DNA of 64,000 nucleotides from a virus: positions 9,680 through 73,679 of IMG/VR virus record IMGVR_UViG_3300017598_000441; one strand, written 5' to 3'. The translations under genes and the position numbers were made by a program. Below are positions 41,369 through 50,724 of the stretch, one piece after another. Below the pieces are notes generated by a model. The model saw only the letters and a program-made list of their open reading frames with translations. It was not told the DNA's origin and made no database searches. Every line of letters starts with the position of its first letter. Position 1 is the stretch's first letter.

Positions 41369-42847
41369 ATGGAAACAGAAATATTACCAACCTCAAAAGG
41401 TAGAGTATCTACCAAGAAACCTCCAACGGTATTATCATTCTTGGGAGACCAAGAAGATAAGTTTAAGGAAATATTAGACTTCATACATTTAGATGACCCT
41501 AAGGCAGGAAACATAGGCTTGTTACAAGGCCCCGCAGGGACAGGTAAAACCTACCTAGTGGGAGTATTAATACAAACCTTAAAAGACCAAAACTTCAAGA
41601 ACATAGGAGTTTTAGCACCCACAGGACAGGCTGTTAAAATCTGTAGGGAGAATGCAGTAGAGCAATCTGATACTATAAGATATGGGACTGTACATTCTGC
41701 ATTCGCAGTAAGACCAAAAAAGGAGAGTGAAATACCTATTTTTGAGGTAGATAAAAATGGGACTCAGTGGGCTAGAGATTGCTCAATACTTTTTGTAGAT
41801 GAGGTTTCCCAGATTGCAGACGACTTATTTTTCCTCTTGGAAGATTATGCTACCCAGTTAGATAAAAAAGTAATTCTAATAGGAGATAGTTATCAAATAC
41901 CTCCGATAGGGTTTGAATATTCAATACCTTTTACAAAAGCCGAGCAGAAAGAGTATGATATAAAAGTATTCGAGCTAAAAAAACCTATCCGACAAAAGGA
42001 GGGAAGTCCTATACTAGATAATGCCGACCTAATCAGAAAATATATCAAATACCCAGAAATTTATTTACCCGAAGACAGAAAAAATAGATTTAACAGTAAA
42101 AGGGAAGGTATAGAATTTATCAAAGACAAGGGTTCGCATAAGGAACTTCTGAAAAAATGGTTTCTACATCCCGAGTACCAAAACAATAGATATTTTGTGA
42201 AAGTACTAGCATGGAGAAATGATACCGTAGATAACTGGAACACCCAAGTAAGAAAAGTCTTATATGGAGACAATCCAGATAATATTGAAGATACCAGAAG
42301 CAAATCTATAAAACAGTTAGTAAAAGGTGAAAAACTGATTTCTAATAGTCCTGTAATAGAGAAAAATGATTTTGGGGATGATGCGGTAGTTTTTGGGTCA
42401 AACGAAGATTTAATGTTAGTATCTTACATAGAGGATACCTACAAGGTGGATGAGGCAGGAAAATTTATCTTAGGGTACTATGATGCTATAGTAGAATACT
42501 TAGACCAAGATGGGATAGTATGTACTTACACAATCAAGATTCTAAAAAATGAATCGAAAAAACTACACCAGAAAATACAGGATAAACTGGCTAAAATAGC
42601 AAAGGCAGAACCCAAAGGTAGCAATGGGGCTAGAGCAGGTTGGGCAGATTTCTGGGAGTTTGATGCAATATTTGCAGATGTGAATTATAACTATTGCCAA
42701 ACTTGCCATAAAAGCCAAGGCAGTACTTATCTTAATTCTATAGTACTAGAGTGGGATATTTTACTGGGTAGGAAAGTTTTCGAGAGAAATAGAATCTTAT
42801 ATGTAGGAGCTTCCAGAGCAAAACAAAATTTAATCCAAATATACTAA
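41369..42847 (+). CDS. Dda/RecD-like SF1B helicase
   Basis: GPAGTGKT, APTGQA, VDEVS, GD..QIPP, TCHKSQGSTY, YVGASRA. Confidence 0.94.
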   Translation: METEILPTSKGRVSTKKPPTVLSFLGDQEDKFKEILDFIHLDDPKAGNIGLLQGPAGTGKTYLVGVLIQTLKDQNFKNIGVLAPTGQAVKICRENAVEQSDTIRYGTVHSAFAVRPKKESEIPIFEVDKNGTQWARDCSILFVDEVSQIADDLFFLLEDYATQLDKKVILIGDSYQIPPIGFEYSIPFTKAEQKEYDIKVFELKKPIRQKEGSPILDNADLIRKYIKYPEIYLPEDRKNRFNSKREGIEFIKDKGSHKELLKKWFLHPEYQNNRYFVKVLAWRNDTVDNWNTQVRKVLYGDNPDNIEDTRSKSIKQLVKGEKLISNSPVIEKNDFGDDAVVFGSNEDLMLVSYIEDTYKVDEAGKFILGYYDAIVEYLDQDGIVCTYTIKILKNESKKLHQKIQDKLAKIAKAEPKGSNGARAGWADFWEFDAIFADVNYNYCQTCHKSQGSTYLNSIVLEWDILLGRKVFERNRILYVGASRAKQNLIQIY

Positions 42848-42849
42848 AG

Positions 42850-43218
42850 ATGGGAGGAACTATATTAGATGGCTATATAGCCACCAAGAAAACAGAGGTG
42901 ATGCAAAATACTTTTGGACACCTATACCCAAAACCTCTAGAAGTATATGTAGGTACAGCCTTAGTAGTATATGACAGCTACGGAGGAATGACCTTAGTAT
43001 TCGAGGAATTTAAAGACGGTGCAGGAAAAACTTTATGTGGGGCAGACATACTACCCTCAGACTTATTAGAGTATATTACACGCAGAGTAGATAAAAAGTA
43101 CGAACAAACCCACGACCATATATACAGGTTTACAGGGACGTATAAAAAGTTTAAGAATGGTAATTTCCAATGCGGAGGTAAGATAACCAGAGTAAACCTA
43201 AACAAAATTTTGATATAA
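42850..43218 (+). CDS. Hypothetical protein
   Basis: Packed ORF. Confidence 0.65.
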   Translation: MGGTILDGYIATKKTEVMQNTFGHLYPKPLEVYVGTALVVYDSYGGMTLVFEEFKDGAGKTLCGADILPSDLLEYITRRVDKKYEQTHDHIYRFTGTYKKFKNGNFQCGGKITRVNLNKILI

Positions 43219-43556
43219 TGACAAGAGAAGAATTAGTATCCGAAATGAAAAATGGAGTATCAGTATTCCATTTTATTAAAAAAGATGGAACCACCAGAAG
43301 AGCGGTAGGAACACTAAACCCTAAAATAATAGCAGGTTTTGAGGATTCCGTAAAACATAGGGAGCTGAAAACTAAGGTAGCAAGTGCTATCAGAAACTGT
43401 AGGGATGGATTGCATTCTGCAGAAGTAGGTCTACAGTCTTTGGAGGAGCCGACAATAGTAAGCAAAGAACGTAAACTCTACCCCAATACTCAAAATTACT
43501 ATGATATTGAGAAACAGCTTTGGAGGATGTTTATAATTGAAAATTTGGTACAGTAG
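43218..43556 (+). CDS. DUF2693 / WYL_2 SH3-like protein
   Basis: F.FIKKDGT.R.A.GTLN...YYDIEK..WR.F. Confidence 0.8.
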   Translation: MTREELVSEMKNGVSVFHFIKKDGTTRRAVGTLNPKIIAGFEDSVKHRELKTKVASAIRNCRDGLHSAEVGLQSLEEPTIVSKERKLYPNTQNYYDIEKQLWRMFIIENLVQ

Positions 43557-43557
43557 C

Positions 43558-43588
43558 AAGAAAAGCCGTACATTTGCGGCTTTTCTTA
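43558..43588 (+). terminator. Hairpin that may serve as terminator and encloses a TACATTTG promoter element
   Basis: AAGAAAAGCCGTA-CATT-TGCGGCTTTTCTT. Confidence 0.6.
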
Positions 43589-43605
43589 ATTTAAAAACAA
43601 TAAGG

Positions 43606-44184
43606 ATGAAGAAGTATTTATTTATTACCCTATTCATTGCCCTAAGCAAAACAATACCCGCAGGACCTTGTGATACTCCTATACTGGAGGTAGCATTGCA
43701 AGATAAGGCTCCCGAGAAAATACCAGATGAGAAACTGCAGGAGTCTCAAACATTGCCAGAGGGTATTATAGAAATAATGAAACGCCACGAAGAGTTCAGT
43801 CCAGAAGTCATAATTCTGGATAAACCTTATATAGGCTATGGGCATGAAGTTGAACTAGGTGCAGATAGGGTTACAGAGGAACAGGCAGACAGCCTACTAA
43901 GGGCAGACATTAGAATTAATATGAATATCCTAGCAACCAAAAATCTAAGGAAATTCCATAAAAAACTGGAGCATAGGTACTTAATATTAGCCTCAGTCCT
44001 TGCTTATAATGTAGGTTGGGTAAATGTATATAAAAGTAAATTCCTAAAGAAAATAAACGAGGGATACTCAGATTCCGAAATACTAGAAGAATTTATAGGA
44101 TTCCACTTCTGGAGAGGTAAACCTCATGTAAAATTAAAAAGGAGGAGAGTGGAAGAGGCAGAAGCATGGTTAGAATTATATTGA
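43606..44184 (+). CDS. GH24 lysozyme-like protein with signal peptide
   Basis: IGYGH, TEEQADSLLRAD, AYNVG, L.RRR..E; N-terminus MKKYLFITLFIALS. Confidence 0.85.
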   Translation: MKKYLFITLFIALSKTIPAGPCDTPILEVALQDKAPEKIPDEKLQESQTLPEGIIEIMKRHEEFSPEVIILDKPYIGYGHEVELGADRVTEEQADSLLRADIRINMNILATKNLRKFHKKLEHRYLILASVLAYNVGWVNVYKSKFLKKINEGYSDSEILEEFIGFHFWRGKPHVKLKRRRVEEAEAWLELY

Positions 44185-44273
44185 TTTATTGCAAAATAAT
44201 TTTGGTATAAATCAAAACCTTTTGTATCTTTACATTGTCAGTAAGACAAATACAAACCACTAAATTTTATACC

Positions 44274-44528
44274 ATGACAGAAGTAGAACTTAACGAAAAA
44301 GCTGAATTTAATAATGCTATCCAAATCATAAAAAGAGAAGAGGATAATAAAAATATACCAAATAAATTCGGTATGGAAAAGGTAGAGGCGATTTGCAGTA
44401 CCTTTAGAGCAAACAATATAAACTATTGTGTAACTATAAAAGAGCCTAACATCATAAGATATTCTTTTAAGAACAGATATTCAACTACTTCTGGGAGTAT
44501 AAAATTAGTACAAAACCTTAAAAATTAA
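44274..44528 (+). CDS. Hypothetical protein
   Basis: Follows a promoter cassette with AAACCACTAAATTT leader. Confidence 0.65.
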   Translation: MTEVELNEKAEFNNAIQIIKREEDNKNIPNKFGMEKVEAICSTFRANNINYCVTIKEPNIIRYSFKNRYSTTSGSIKLVQNLKN

Positions 44529-44531
44529 GTT

Positions 44532-44735
44532 ATGATATTAAAACCCACCGCCTTTATTCAAGGGCATAGCTTTGATTTAAAAACCCGATTAGAAAACTAT
44601 AAGAAATATAGGAAACCTAAAAGAGTGAAACCCTTGGACAGCTACACAGCTTTTATATGTTGCTATGGGGATTTGAGAGAAAATTATTTCAACCAAGAAA
44701 ATTTAAAAAACACACACGATGGAATGGAGAATTAA
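44532..44735 (+). CDS. Hypothetical protein
   Basis: Packed ORF. Confidence 0.5.
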   Translation: MILKPTAFIQGHSFDLKTRLENYKKYRKPKRVKPLDSYTAFICCYGDLRENYFNQENLKNTHDGMEN

Positions 44736-46740
44736 AACCTTATCGAAGGAGTTGGACAAAATGAACCACGATTACTATGTGGTAGGAAATGGGCTATATT
44801 CAGATTACGAATATGACATGAAGTTAAAAGAATTGCAAAATCTGGAGGTGTTATACCCAGAATTTGCACTACCCACCTCACCTACGCAGAGAGTAGGTTC
44901 CGACAGAATATCTGGCTTTACTTCTGTAAAGCATGAAACAAAAATGCTAAGTTTAGACAACTCTTATAACATAGAGGAAGTTGAAAAATGCCTAAAAAGA
45001 ATAGCAGCCTCAACCGAGGCAGAGATAGGGTATGTAACCGAAATAAAAATAGATGGAGCATCTATAGAATTAGTTTACGAAGATGGAGTATTGACACAGG
45101 CAACTACCAGAGGAGATGGAGAGTTTGGAGACGATGTTACTGAAAACGTGAAAACTATCCGTTCAGTACCTTTAAAACTCAAAGGGGAGTATAAGCCTAG
45201 AATGACTTTCCGAGGTGAAATTGTAATGCCTAAAAAGGTGCTTCTTGAAATAAACGCAAAAAGAACAGAGACAGGAGAAAAACTGTTTGCCAATGCGAGA
45301 AATGCAGCATCTGGAAGTCTAAAATCTCTGGAGCCAAAGGAGGTGGCAAAAAGAAAATTAGATTGTATCATATTTGAATCAATTTATGAATCTGAAAAAA
45401 CAGTAGAGAACAGCCACCACTGGAGAATGTTGGAGGTTGAAAGCCTAGGATTTAAAACGATATTTACTGGGTTAGATATTCCTATGATGTTTACAAAAAC
45501 CAATCACAAAAACATTGCAGGTATAAAAGCATTTATAGATGTCTGGGAGACCAGAAAAGATACTTTGCCGTACTTGGTGGATGGAATAGTAATAAAAGTA
45601 GATAGTATATCTTTAAGAGAGGTACTAGGTGCAGGAAGTAAATACCCTAACTGGGCATTTGCCTACAAGTATAAAGCAGAAGAAAAATCTACCTTACTCA
45701 AAGAAATTATCTATCAAGTAGGTACGTTTGGTTCAATAACTCCAGTAGGTAAGTTAGAAACAATAGTACTTTCAGATACTAACGTTTCTAATGTTATGAT
45801 GAACAACCCAGACTGGATTGCTGATATGGATATTAGAGAGGGGGATTCTGTAATAGTAGAGAAGGGAGGCGAGATAATCCCTAAGATACTTAGGGTAGAT
45901 TTGTCCAAAAGACTAGAAGGTGCAAAACCTATCAAGTTCATAACTCATTGCCCTTGTTGTGGAAGTGAACTCAGCAGAAAAACTACCATGAAAGGAGAGG
46001 ATACAGCAAATATCTTCTGCCTCAACTCAGAAGGTTGTGCCGACCAAGTTATCGCCAAAATCAAACACCTAACCAGTAAAAAGGCTATGGATATTCAAGG
46101 ACTGGGGGCAGCCACAGTTCGAGAATTATTTGAGAAAGGGTTAGTGAAAAGTCCTGTGGATGTTTACAGATTAACTTTGGAGGATTTGGAAGGAAATAAA
46201 ATCAAAAACTCAAAGAATATTTACAACTCCATACAGAACTCCAAGAACTCAAAGTTCTACAGAGTAATATACTCTTTAGGCATACCGACTGTAGGCACAA
46301 CTACATCAAAATTTTTAGCTGAAAGACTTGAAAATCTGGAACAACTAAAAGATGCAAGTTACCTAGACTTGAAAGAATTAGGTTTATCGGAGGGGGTTCG
46401 AGAAGAGATACATTCATACAGAGGAGAATACCTAAATGGTATTATGGAATATTTCTGTGAAAATGGATTCAATACCAATAAGGAGGAAGCTTCTGAAAAA
46501 ACATCTAGTAAACTGGTGGGTAAAAACGTCATAATTTCTGGAAATTTTGGAGATGCCTCTAGAAGAAAATACTTGGAGTCTCTTATAATTGAGCACGGAG
46601 GTAAAAAACAGTCCTCAGTAAGCAAAAAGACTTCATTTGTGGTTGAGGGTGAAAAAATGGGTTGGAGTAAGAAGGAAAAAGCTATAAAACTAGGAATACC
46701 CCTAATAACGGAGGAAGATTACTTAAAAATGTTAGACTAA
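44719..46740 (+). CDS. ligA: NAD-dependent DNA ligase
   Basis: SPTQRVG, EIKIDG, RGDG..G.DVT, NARNAASGSL, DGIVIKVD, C4 zinc finger, HhH, BRCT. Confidence 0.98.
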   Translation: MEWRIKTLSKELDKMNHDYYVVGNGLYSDYEYDMKLKELQNLEVLYPEFALPTSPTQRVGSDRISGFTSVKHETKMLSLDNSYNIEEVEKCLKRIAASTEAEIGYVTEIKIDGASIELVYEDGVLTQATTRGDGEFGDDVTENVKTIRSVPLKLKGEYKPRMTFRGEIVMPKKVLLEINAKRTETGEKLFANARNAASGSLKSLEPKEVAKRKLDCIIFESIYESEKTVENSHHWRMLEVESLGFKTIFTGLDIPMMFTKTNHKNIAGIKAFIDVWETRKDTLPYLVDGIVIKVDSISLREVLGAGSKYPNWAFAYKYKAEEKSTLLKEIIYQVGTFGSITPVGKLETIVLSDTNVSNVMMNNPDWIADMDIREGDSVIVEKGGEIIPKILRVDLSKRLEGAKPIKFITHCPCCGSELSRKTTMKGEDTANIFCLNSEGCADQVIAKIKHLTSKKAMDIQGLGAATVRELFEKGLVKSPVDVYRLTLEDLEGNKIKNSKNIYNSIQNSKNSKFYRVIYSLGIPTVGTTTSKFLAERLENLEQLKDASYLDLKELGLSEGVREEIHSYRGEYLNGIMEYFCENGFNTNKEEASEKTSSKLVGKNVIISGNFGDASRRKYLESLIIEHGGKKQSSVSKKTSFVVEGEKMGWSKKEKAIKLGIPLITEEDYLKMLD

Positions 46741-47630
46741 TGAAAACTAAATTCAGAGAATTAAAACTCAGCAAAAAGAATATAGCGAAACTGGAGTTAA
46801 TAAACTCTATTATTCAGCAATACAGAGATGAGGGGTATAGAATGACCCTAAGACAGTTGTACTACCAGTTAGTTTCTAGGGATGTAATACCCAATGAGAA
46901 AACTGAATATGCTAAAATTTCCAAACTACTGAAAGAAGGTAGGATGGCAGGAATAGTGGACTGGGAGGCTATAGAAGATAGGCTCAGAGTTCCTTACTTA
47001 CCCTACTGGAACATAGACCCAAAAGAGGCTATTGAGGATACTGTAAAACAGTATAGATTAAATAGGCAGAGAGGGCAAGAAACTTATGTCGAAGTCTGGG
47101 TAGAGAAAGATGCACTTAGTGGAGTGCTAAAGAAAGTGACCTCAAAGTACCATGTAAAACTATTGGTAAATAGAGGCTACGGCTCAGTTACTGCTATACA
47201 CGATGCTTATAAGAGATATTCTGTAGAGATTGAGCACGGTAGGAATATTGTCTTACTGTATCTGGGAGACCATGACCCGTCTGGTATGGATATGATAAGA
47301 GATATTAATAGTCGTATAGGAGAGATGTTAGAAGTACAAGGTATGTATGGGAGCCTAGAGGTAAGACCTATAGCCTTGACTATGGGGCAAATAAGAAAAT
47401 ACAACCCTCCAGAAAATCCTGCAAAACTGACTGACCCTAGAGCAAAGTGGTATATTGAAAAGTTCGGATATAAGTCGTGGGAGTTGGATGCCTTAGAGCC
47501 GAAAGTGTTGAACAACTTAGTATCCTCAGAAATCGAAAAATCTATTAATATGGATATATTTAGGGGTAGATTGCAGCAGGAGGAGGAAGACAAAAAGAAA
47601 TTAAGGGAATTGACTAAAAACTTTAGATAA
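46740..47630 (+). CDS. Topoisomerase VI-A/JetD-like winged-helix plus TOPRIM protein
   Basis: TLRQLYYQLV, VWVEKDAL, YLGDHDPSG, ELDAL. Confidence 0.8.
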   Translation: MKTKFRELKLSKKNIAKLELINSIIQQYRDEGYRMTLRQLYYQLVSRDVIPNEKTEYAKISKLLKEGRMAGIVDWEAIEDRLRVPYLPYWNIDPKEAIEDTVKQYRLNRQRGQETYVEVWVEKDALSGVLKKVTSKYHVKLLVNRGYGSVTAIHDAYKRYSVEIEHGRNIVLLYLGDHDPSGMDMIRDINSRIGEMLEVQGMYGSLEVRPIALTMGQIRKYNPPENPAKLTDPRAKWYIEKFGYKSWELDALEPKVLNNLVSSEIEKSINMDIFRGRLQQEEEDKKKLRELTKNFR

Positions 47631-47800
47631 TGAATAGTTGGACAAATTTCAAGTATTTTATATTCAGAATATTCAATACTACCTACGGACTGACTGGGGA
47701 GAATGCACCTAAAAACCCAGAATTAGGCAAGGAATACACAAGTAGATACAGTATTACTTACAGGTATGTAGGTAATGACAGGTATTTCATGGTAGTCTAA
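47630..47800 (+). CDS. Small hypothetical protein (56 aa, below the ORF-track cutoff)
   Basis: ATG overlaps the previous stop; MNSWTNFKY...RYFMVV. Confidence 0.5.
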   Translation: MNSWTNFKYFIFRIFNTTYGLTGENAPKNPELGKEYTSRYSITYRYVGNDRYFMVV

Positions 47801-47870
47801 AAATAAATTTGGTACTTAACAAAATTTTTATTATCTTTACATCAAAGAAATATAAACAAAAACACACACA

Positions 47871-48206
47871 ATGCAAATAGGTAAATTAAAAGGTCGAACA
47901 GTCCAGTTCGGGAAAAGCAAAGGACAACCTTGCTACAGAAACCCTAAAGCCTTCCAGAAAAAAACAAATGAAATCTGCTACATACCCAAACATGGTATGG
48001 AGACGACATCTGGAGGAGATTTAGACAATGCGAGCATAATCTTTAAATATCAAGATATGCTAAGAATGTCCAGAGGGTATGTATTAAGGAACAACCTAGC
48101 AGACTCTTATGAGGACGTGGCTAAAACCTTATTCAACGAATGCCACGGAATGCTGCCGAGTACAATCTTAGAGAATTGGGAGATGGACTTACAGTATCCC
48201 AGTTAA
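47871..48206 (+). CDS. Hypothetical protein
   Basis: Promoter and ACACAC leader upstream. Confidence 0.7.
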   Translation: MQIGKLKGRTVQFGKSKGQPCYRNPKAFQKKTNEICYIPKHGMETTSGGDLDNASIIFKYQDMLRMSRGYVLRNNLADSYEDVAKTLFNECHGMLPSTILENWEMDLQYPS

Positions 48207-48322
48207 ATTTTGAACTAAGGCAAAATTTCTGTTAAAAACTTTTGGCAAAACCAAAAAATTTATTTATATTTACAATCTCAAAACAATAGTAATTTTAGTA
48301 TTAACCACAAAAATCAAATTCC

Positions 48323-48805
48323 ATGAAAAGAATGATTTCGCTATTTACACTAGCATTTCTTATGATTGCGTTAGCATACGCAGGTCCTCCAGAAGGGGAG
48401 AATGACCCAGTAAACAAAACCTTAACAGAACTAGGACTGGACGAAGTAGATAAGAGTATTGAAGTTCTAACTTTTATTGTTACACCGAACAGCGTTGCTC
48501 AGAATGAATTTGCTGCGGTTGTACACTCCACAGAGGAGACACTTCAAAGTACTATTATTTGCAGGAAAAGGGAGACATATTTTGAAGACCCGTATTTTGA
48601 TAACGACAAGCTTTTTTACAGAACTGGAGTAGGATTAACAGACAAATTATATTACCTACCTAATTGTAAAAACAGAAAGCTAAGCAACACTCTATTTTTT
48701 GGTGTTAGTTCGGGAGGTCTATCTGGTTTGTGTAACCTAACTCAGAATACCTTTTATAAAAACTTATTAAGTAACGGAAATGGCAGCGGTGGTTTATCTC
48801 ACTAA
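48323..48805 (+). CDS. Secreted hypothetical protein
   Basis: Signal peptide ending ALAYA; own promoter and terminator. Confidence 0.7.
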   Translation: MKRMISLFTLAFLMIALAYAGPPEGENDPVNKTLTELGLDEVDKSIEVLTFIVTPNSVAQNEFAAVVHSTEETLQSTIICRKRETYFEDPYFDNDKLFYRTGVGLTDKLYYLPNCKNRKLSNTLFFGVSSGGLSGLCNLTQNTFYKNLLSNGNGSGGLSH

Positions 48806-48828
48806 CCTACAAAGTGCCTAGACAAAAC

Positions 48829-48857
48829 AAACCCTAATCAAATGATTAGGGTTTTTT
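48829..48857 (+). terminator. Intrinsic terminator
   Basis: AAACCCTAATCA-AA-TGATTAGGGTTTTTT. Confidence 0.88.
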
Positions 48858-48879
48858 ATTACCAACTAAAAAGAATAAA

Positions 48880-49884
48880 ATGAAAATTATAGCAGGACCC
48901 TGTAGTGCAGAATCAGAATCACAGATAAAAGAAATAGCAGACTCACTAAACGCTTTTGGAGTAAAGACTTTTAGGGCAGGGGTATGGAAACCTAGGACTA
49001 GACCTAATAATTTTGAAGGTTTCGGGGAGAAGGCAATACCTTGGTTAGCGTACCCTAGAAATTTAGGTATGGAGGTTACTGTAGAGGTAGCAAATAAACA
49101 TCAAGTATCTATAGTCTTAGAAAATTTGCATATAATAAACTCAGTATGGATAGGAGCTAGAACGACAGCTAACCCATTTGCAGTTCAAGAAATAGCAGAA
49201 GCACTGGAGGGAAGTAATATTCCTGTAATGGTGAAGAACCCTCTAAACCCAGATATACAGTCTTGGGTAGGGGCTATAGAAAGATTACAAAGTAGAGGCA
49301 TCAAAAATATATCCGCAGTACATAGAGGATTTACAGATGATTTGGAGACCAGATACAGAAATAGTCCTAGATGGGATTTCATCTGTAAATTTAGAGAGGC
49401 ATTGCCAGATATTCCTATAGTATGCGACCCTAGCCATATAGCAGGAAGTAGGTTATACATAGATGAAGTGTGTAGAACAGCAGCTCAGCTAGGGGTGGAT
49501 ACTTTTATGATAGAATCTCACAGCAACCCCGAAAATGCTATGACGGATGCGGCCCAACAAGTAACCCCAGAACAACTACATTTAATTGTATCTAATCTGA
49601 AACTGGAGACAGAAGAGCATCTTATAAGCCTAAGCAATAGTAGGAATCAAATAGATGCTATTGATAGGAGCATAGTAAGACTTCTTGAAGAAAGATTCAA
49701 ACAGGTTGCAAATATCAAAGGGGTCAAAAAGGCAAAAGACATGGAGGTACGCCAACCCCAGAGGTGGGAGGATGTACTCCGAAATATCAAAGAAGAATCT
49801 ATACATTGTACTAATATATCTGAATCTGAGGTAGTAGAAATCTTTAACACGCTGCATAATATATCTATAGCAAACCAGATATAA
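48880..49884 (+). CDS. Bifunctional DAHP synthase (type I-beta) / chorismate mutase (AroQ)
   Basis: IAGPCSAES, KPRT, WIGAR, HRGF, DPSH, IESH; C-terminal R.QID.ID..I..LL.ER...K...Q..RW...S...Q. Confidence 0.95.
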   Translation: MKIIAGPCSAESESQIKEIADSLNAFGVKTFRAGVWKPRTRPNNFEGFGEKAIPWLAYPRNLGMEVTVEVANKHQVSIVLENLHIINSVWIGARTTANPFAVQEIAEALEGSNIPVMVKNPLNPDIQSWVGAIERLQSRGIKNISAVHRGFTDDLETRYRNSPRWDFICKFREALPDIPIVCDPSHIAGSRLYIDEVCRTAAQLGVDTFMIESHSNPENAMTDAAQQVTPEQLHLIVSNLKLETEEHLISLSNSRNQIDAIDRSIVRLLEERFKQVANIKGVKKAKDMEVRQPQRWEDVLRNIKEESIHCTNISESEVVEIFNTLHNISIANQI

Positions 49885-50050
49885 ATTTTGGTATATTAAA
49901 AATTTTCCGTATCTTTACGGAGTAAAAGGGACAAAAATAAACCAAAATTAATTAATCTTTTATGAAATTAATTTTGGTTTATAACAAAACTTTTCGTACC
50001 TTTACGAAGTAAAAGGGAAAACAAATAGTACAAACCACAAATTTAGAATC
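49884..50050 (+). promoter_or_regulatory. Two tandem copies of the phage promoter cassette
   Basis: TTTTGGT...CCGTATCTTTACGGAGTAAAAGGG then TTTTGGT...TCGTACCTTTACGAAGTAAAAGGG. Confidence 0.8.
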
Positions 50051-50248
50051 ATGTTAGAATTACTAGACAAAAAGTACGAGGGAGCAATTACATCAGAACC
50101 GACTACTCTTAGGGTAGATGGCAAAGCTACAAAACTGAAATTATTCATAGATACTTTGGAGAGTAGTGGAGTATCTGAAAAAACAGCAATAAACAGGTTC
50201 AGTAAATTCGTTAGAGACAACGATATGATTGAACTAATTAATAATTAA
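50051..50248 (+). CDS. Hypothetical protein
   Basis: Follows the promoter cassette. Confidence 0.6.
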   Translation: MLELLDKKYEGAITSEPTTLRVDGKATKLKLFIDTLESSGVSEKTAINRFSKFVRDNDMIELINN

Positions 50249-50284
50249 CACACACAAACAACACACACAAACAAAACACACACA
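50247..50284 (+). repeat. Triplicated AACACACACAA leader motif
   Basis: AACACACACAAAC AACACACACAAAC AA AACACACACA directly before ATG. Confidence 0.85.
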
Positions 50285-50722
50285 ATGAGAAAAAAAATTG
50301 TATTACTAGACTTGAACAGCACGCTTGCAGTAAAATCTAGCTATGACTGGAGAACATTTACTTACGATGTATCCGCAGATGAGTACTCAAAGGAGTTAAT
50401 AGAAAAACTCAAATCGGAGGGGCACGAAGTATGGATTCTAACTGCCAGAACTACAGAGTATGAAAAAGATACTTTGGAGAAATTGATGAAAGACACAGGT
50501 TATGCTCCAGATAAATGCTTCTTTAAAGGACATGGAGGGAAACAAGAAAGAAAACTTCCTGCACACATTTACAAAAGATTATTTGTAGAGGAGCTTCTGA
50601 AATCTGGGGAGTATAAAACATCTGATTTCATTGCTGTAGAAAGTAATTTTAAAACGCATAAACAATACAGAGAACTGGGACTCACGGAGATTTATAAGAG
50701 AGACCAGTATCTGAAACTGTAA
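50285..50722 (+). CDS. HAD-superfamily phosphatase-like protein (PNK-phosphatase type)
   Basis: LLDLNSTL, ILTAR, conserved K, AVESN. Confidence 0.75.
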   Translation: MRKKIVLLDLNSTLAVKSSYDWRTFTYDVSADEYSKELIEKLKSEGHEVWILTARTTEYEKDTLEKLMKDTGYAPDKCFFKGHGGKQERKLPAHIYKRLFVEELLKSGEYKTSDFIAVESNFKTHKQYRELGLTEIYKRDQYLKL

Positions 50723-50724
50723 AA

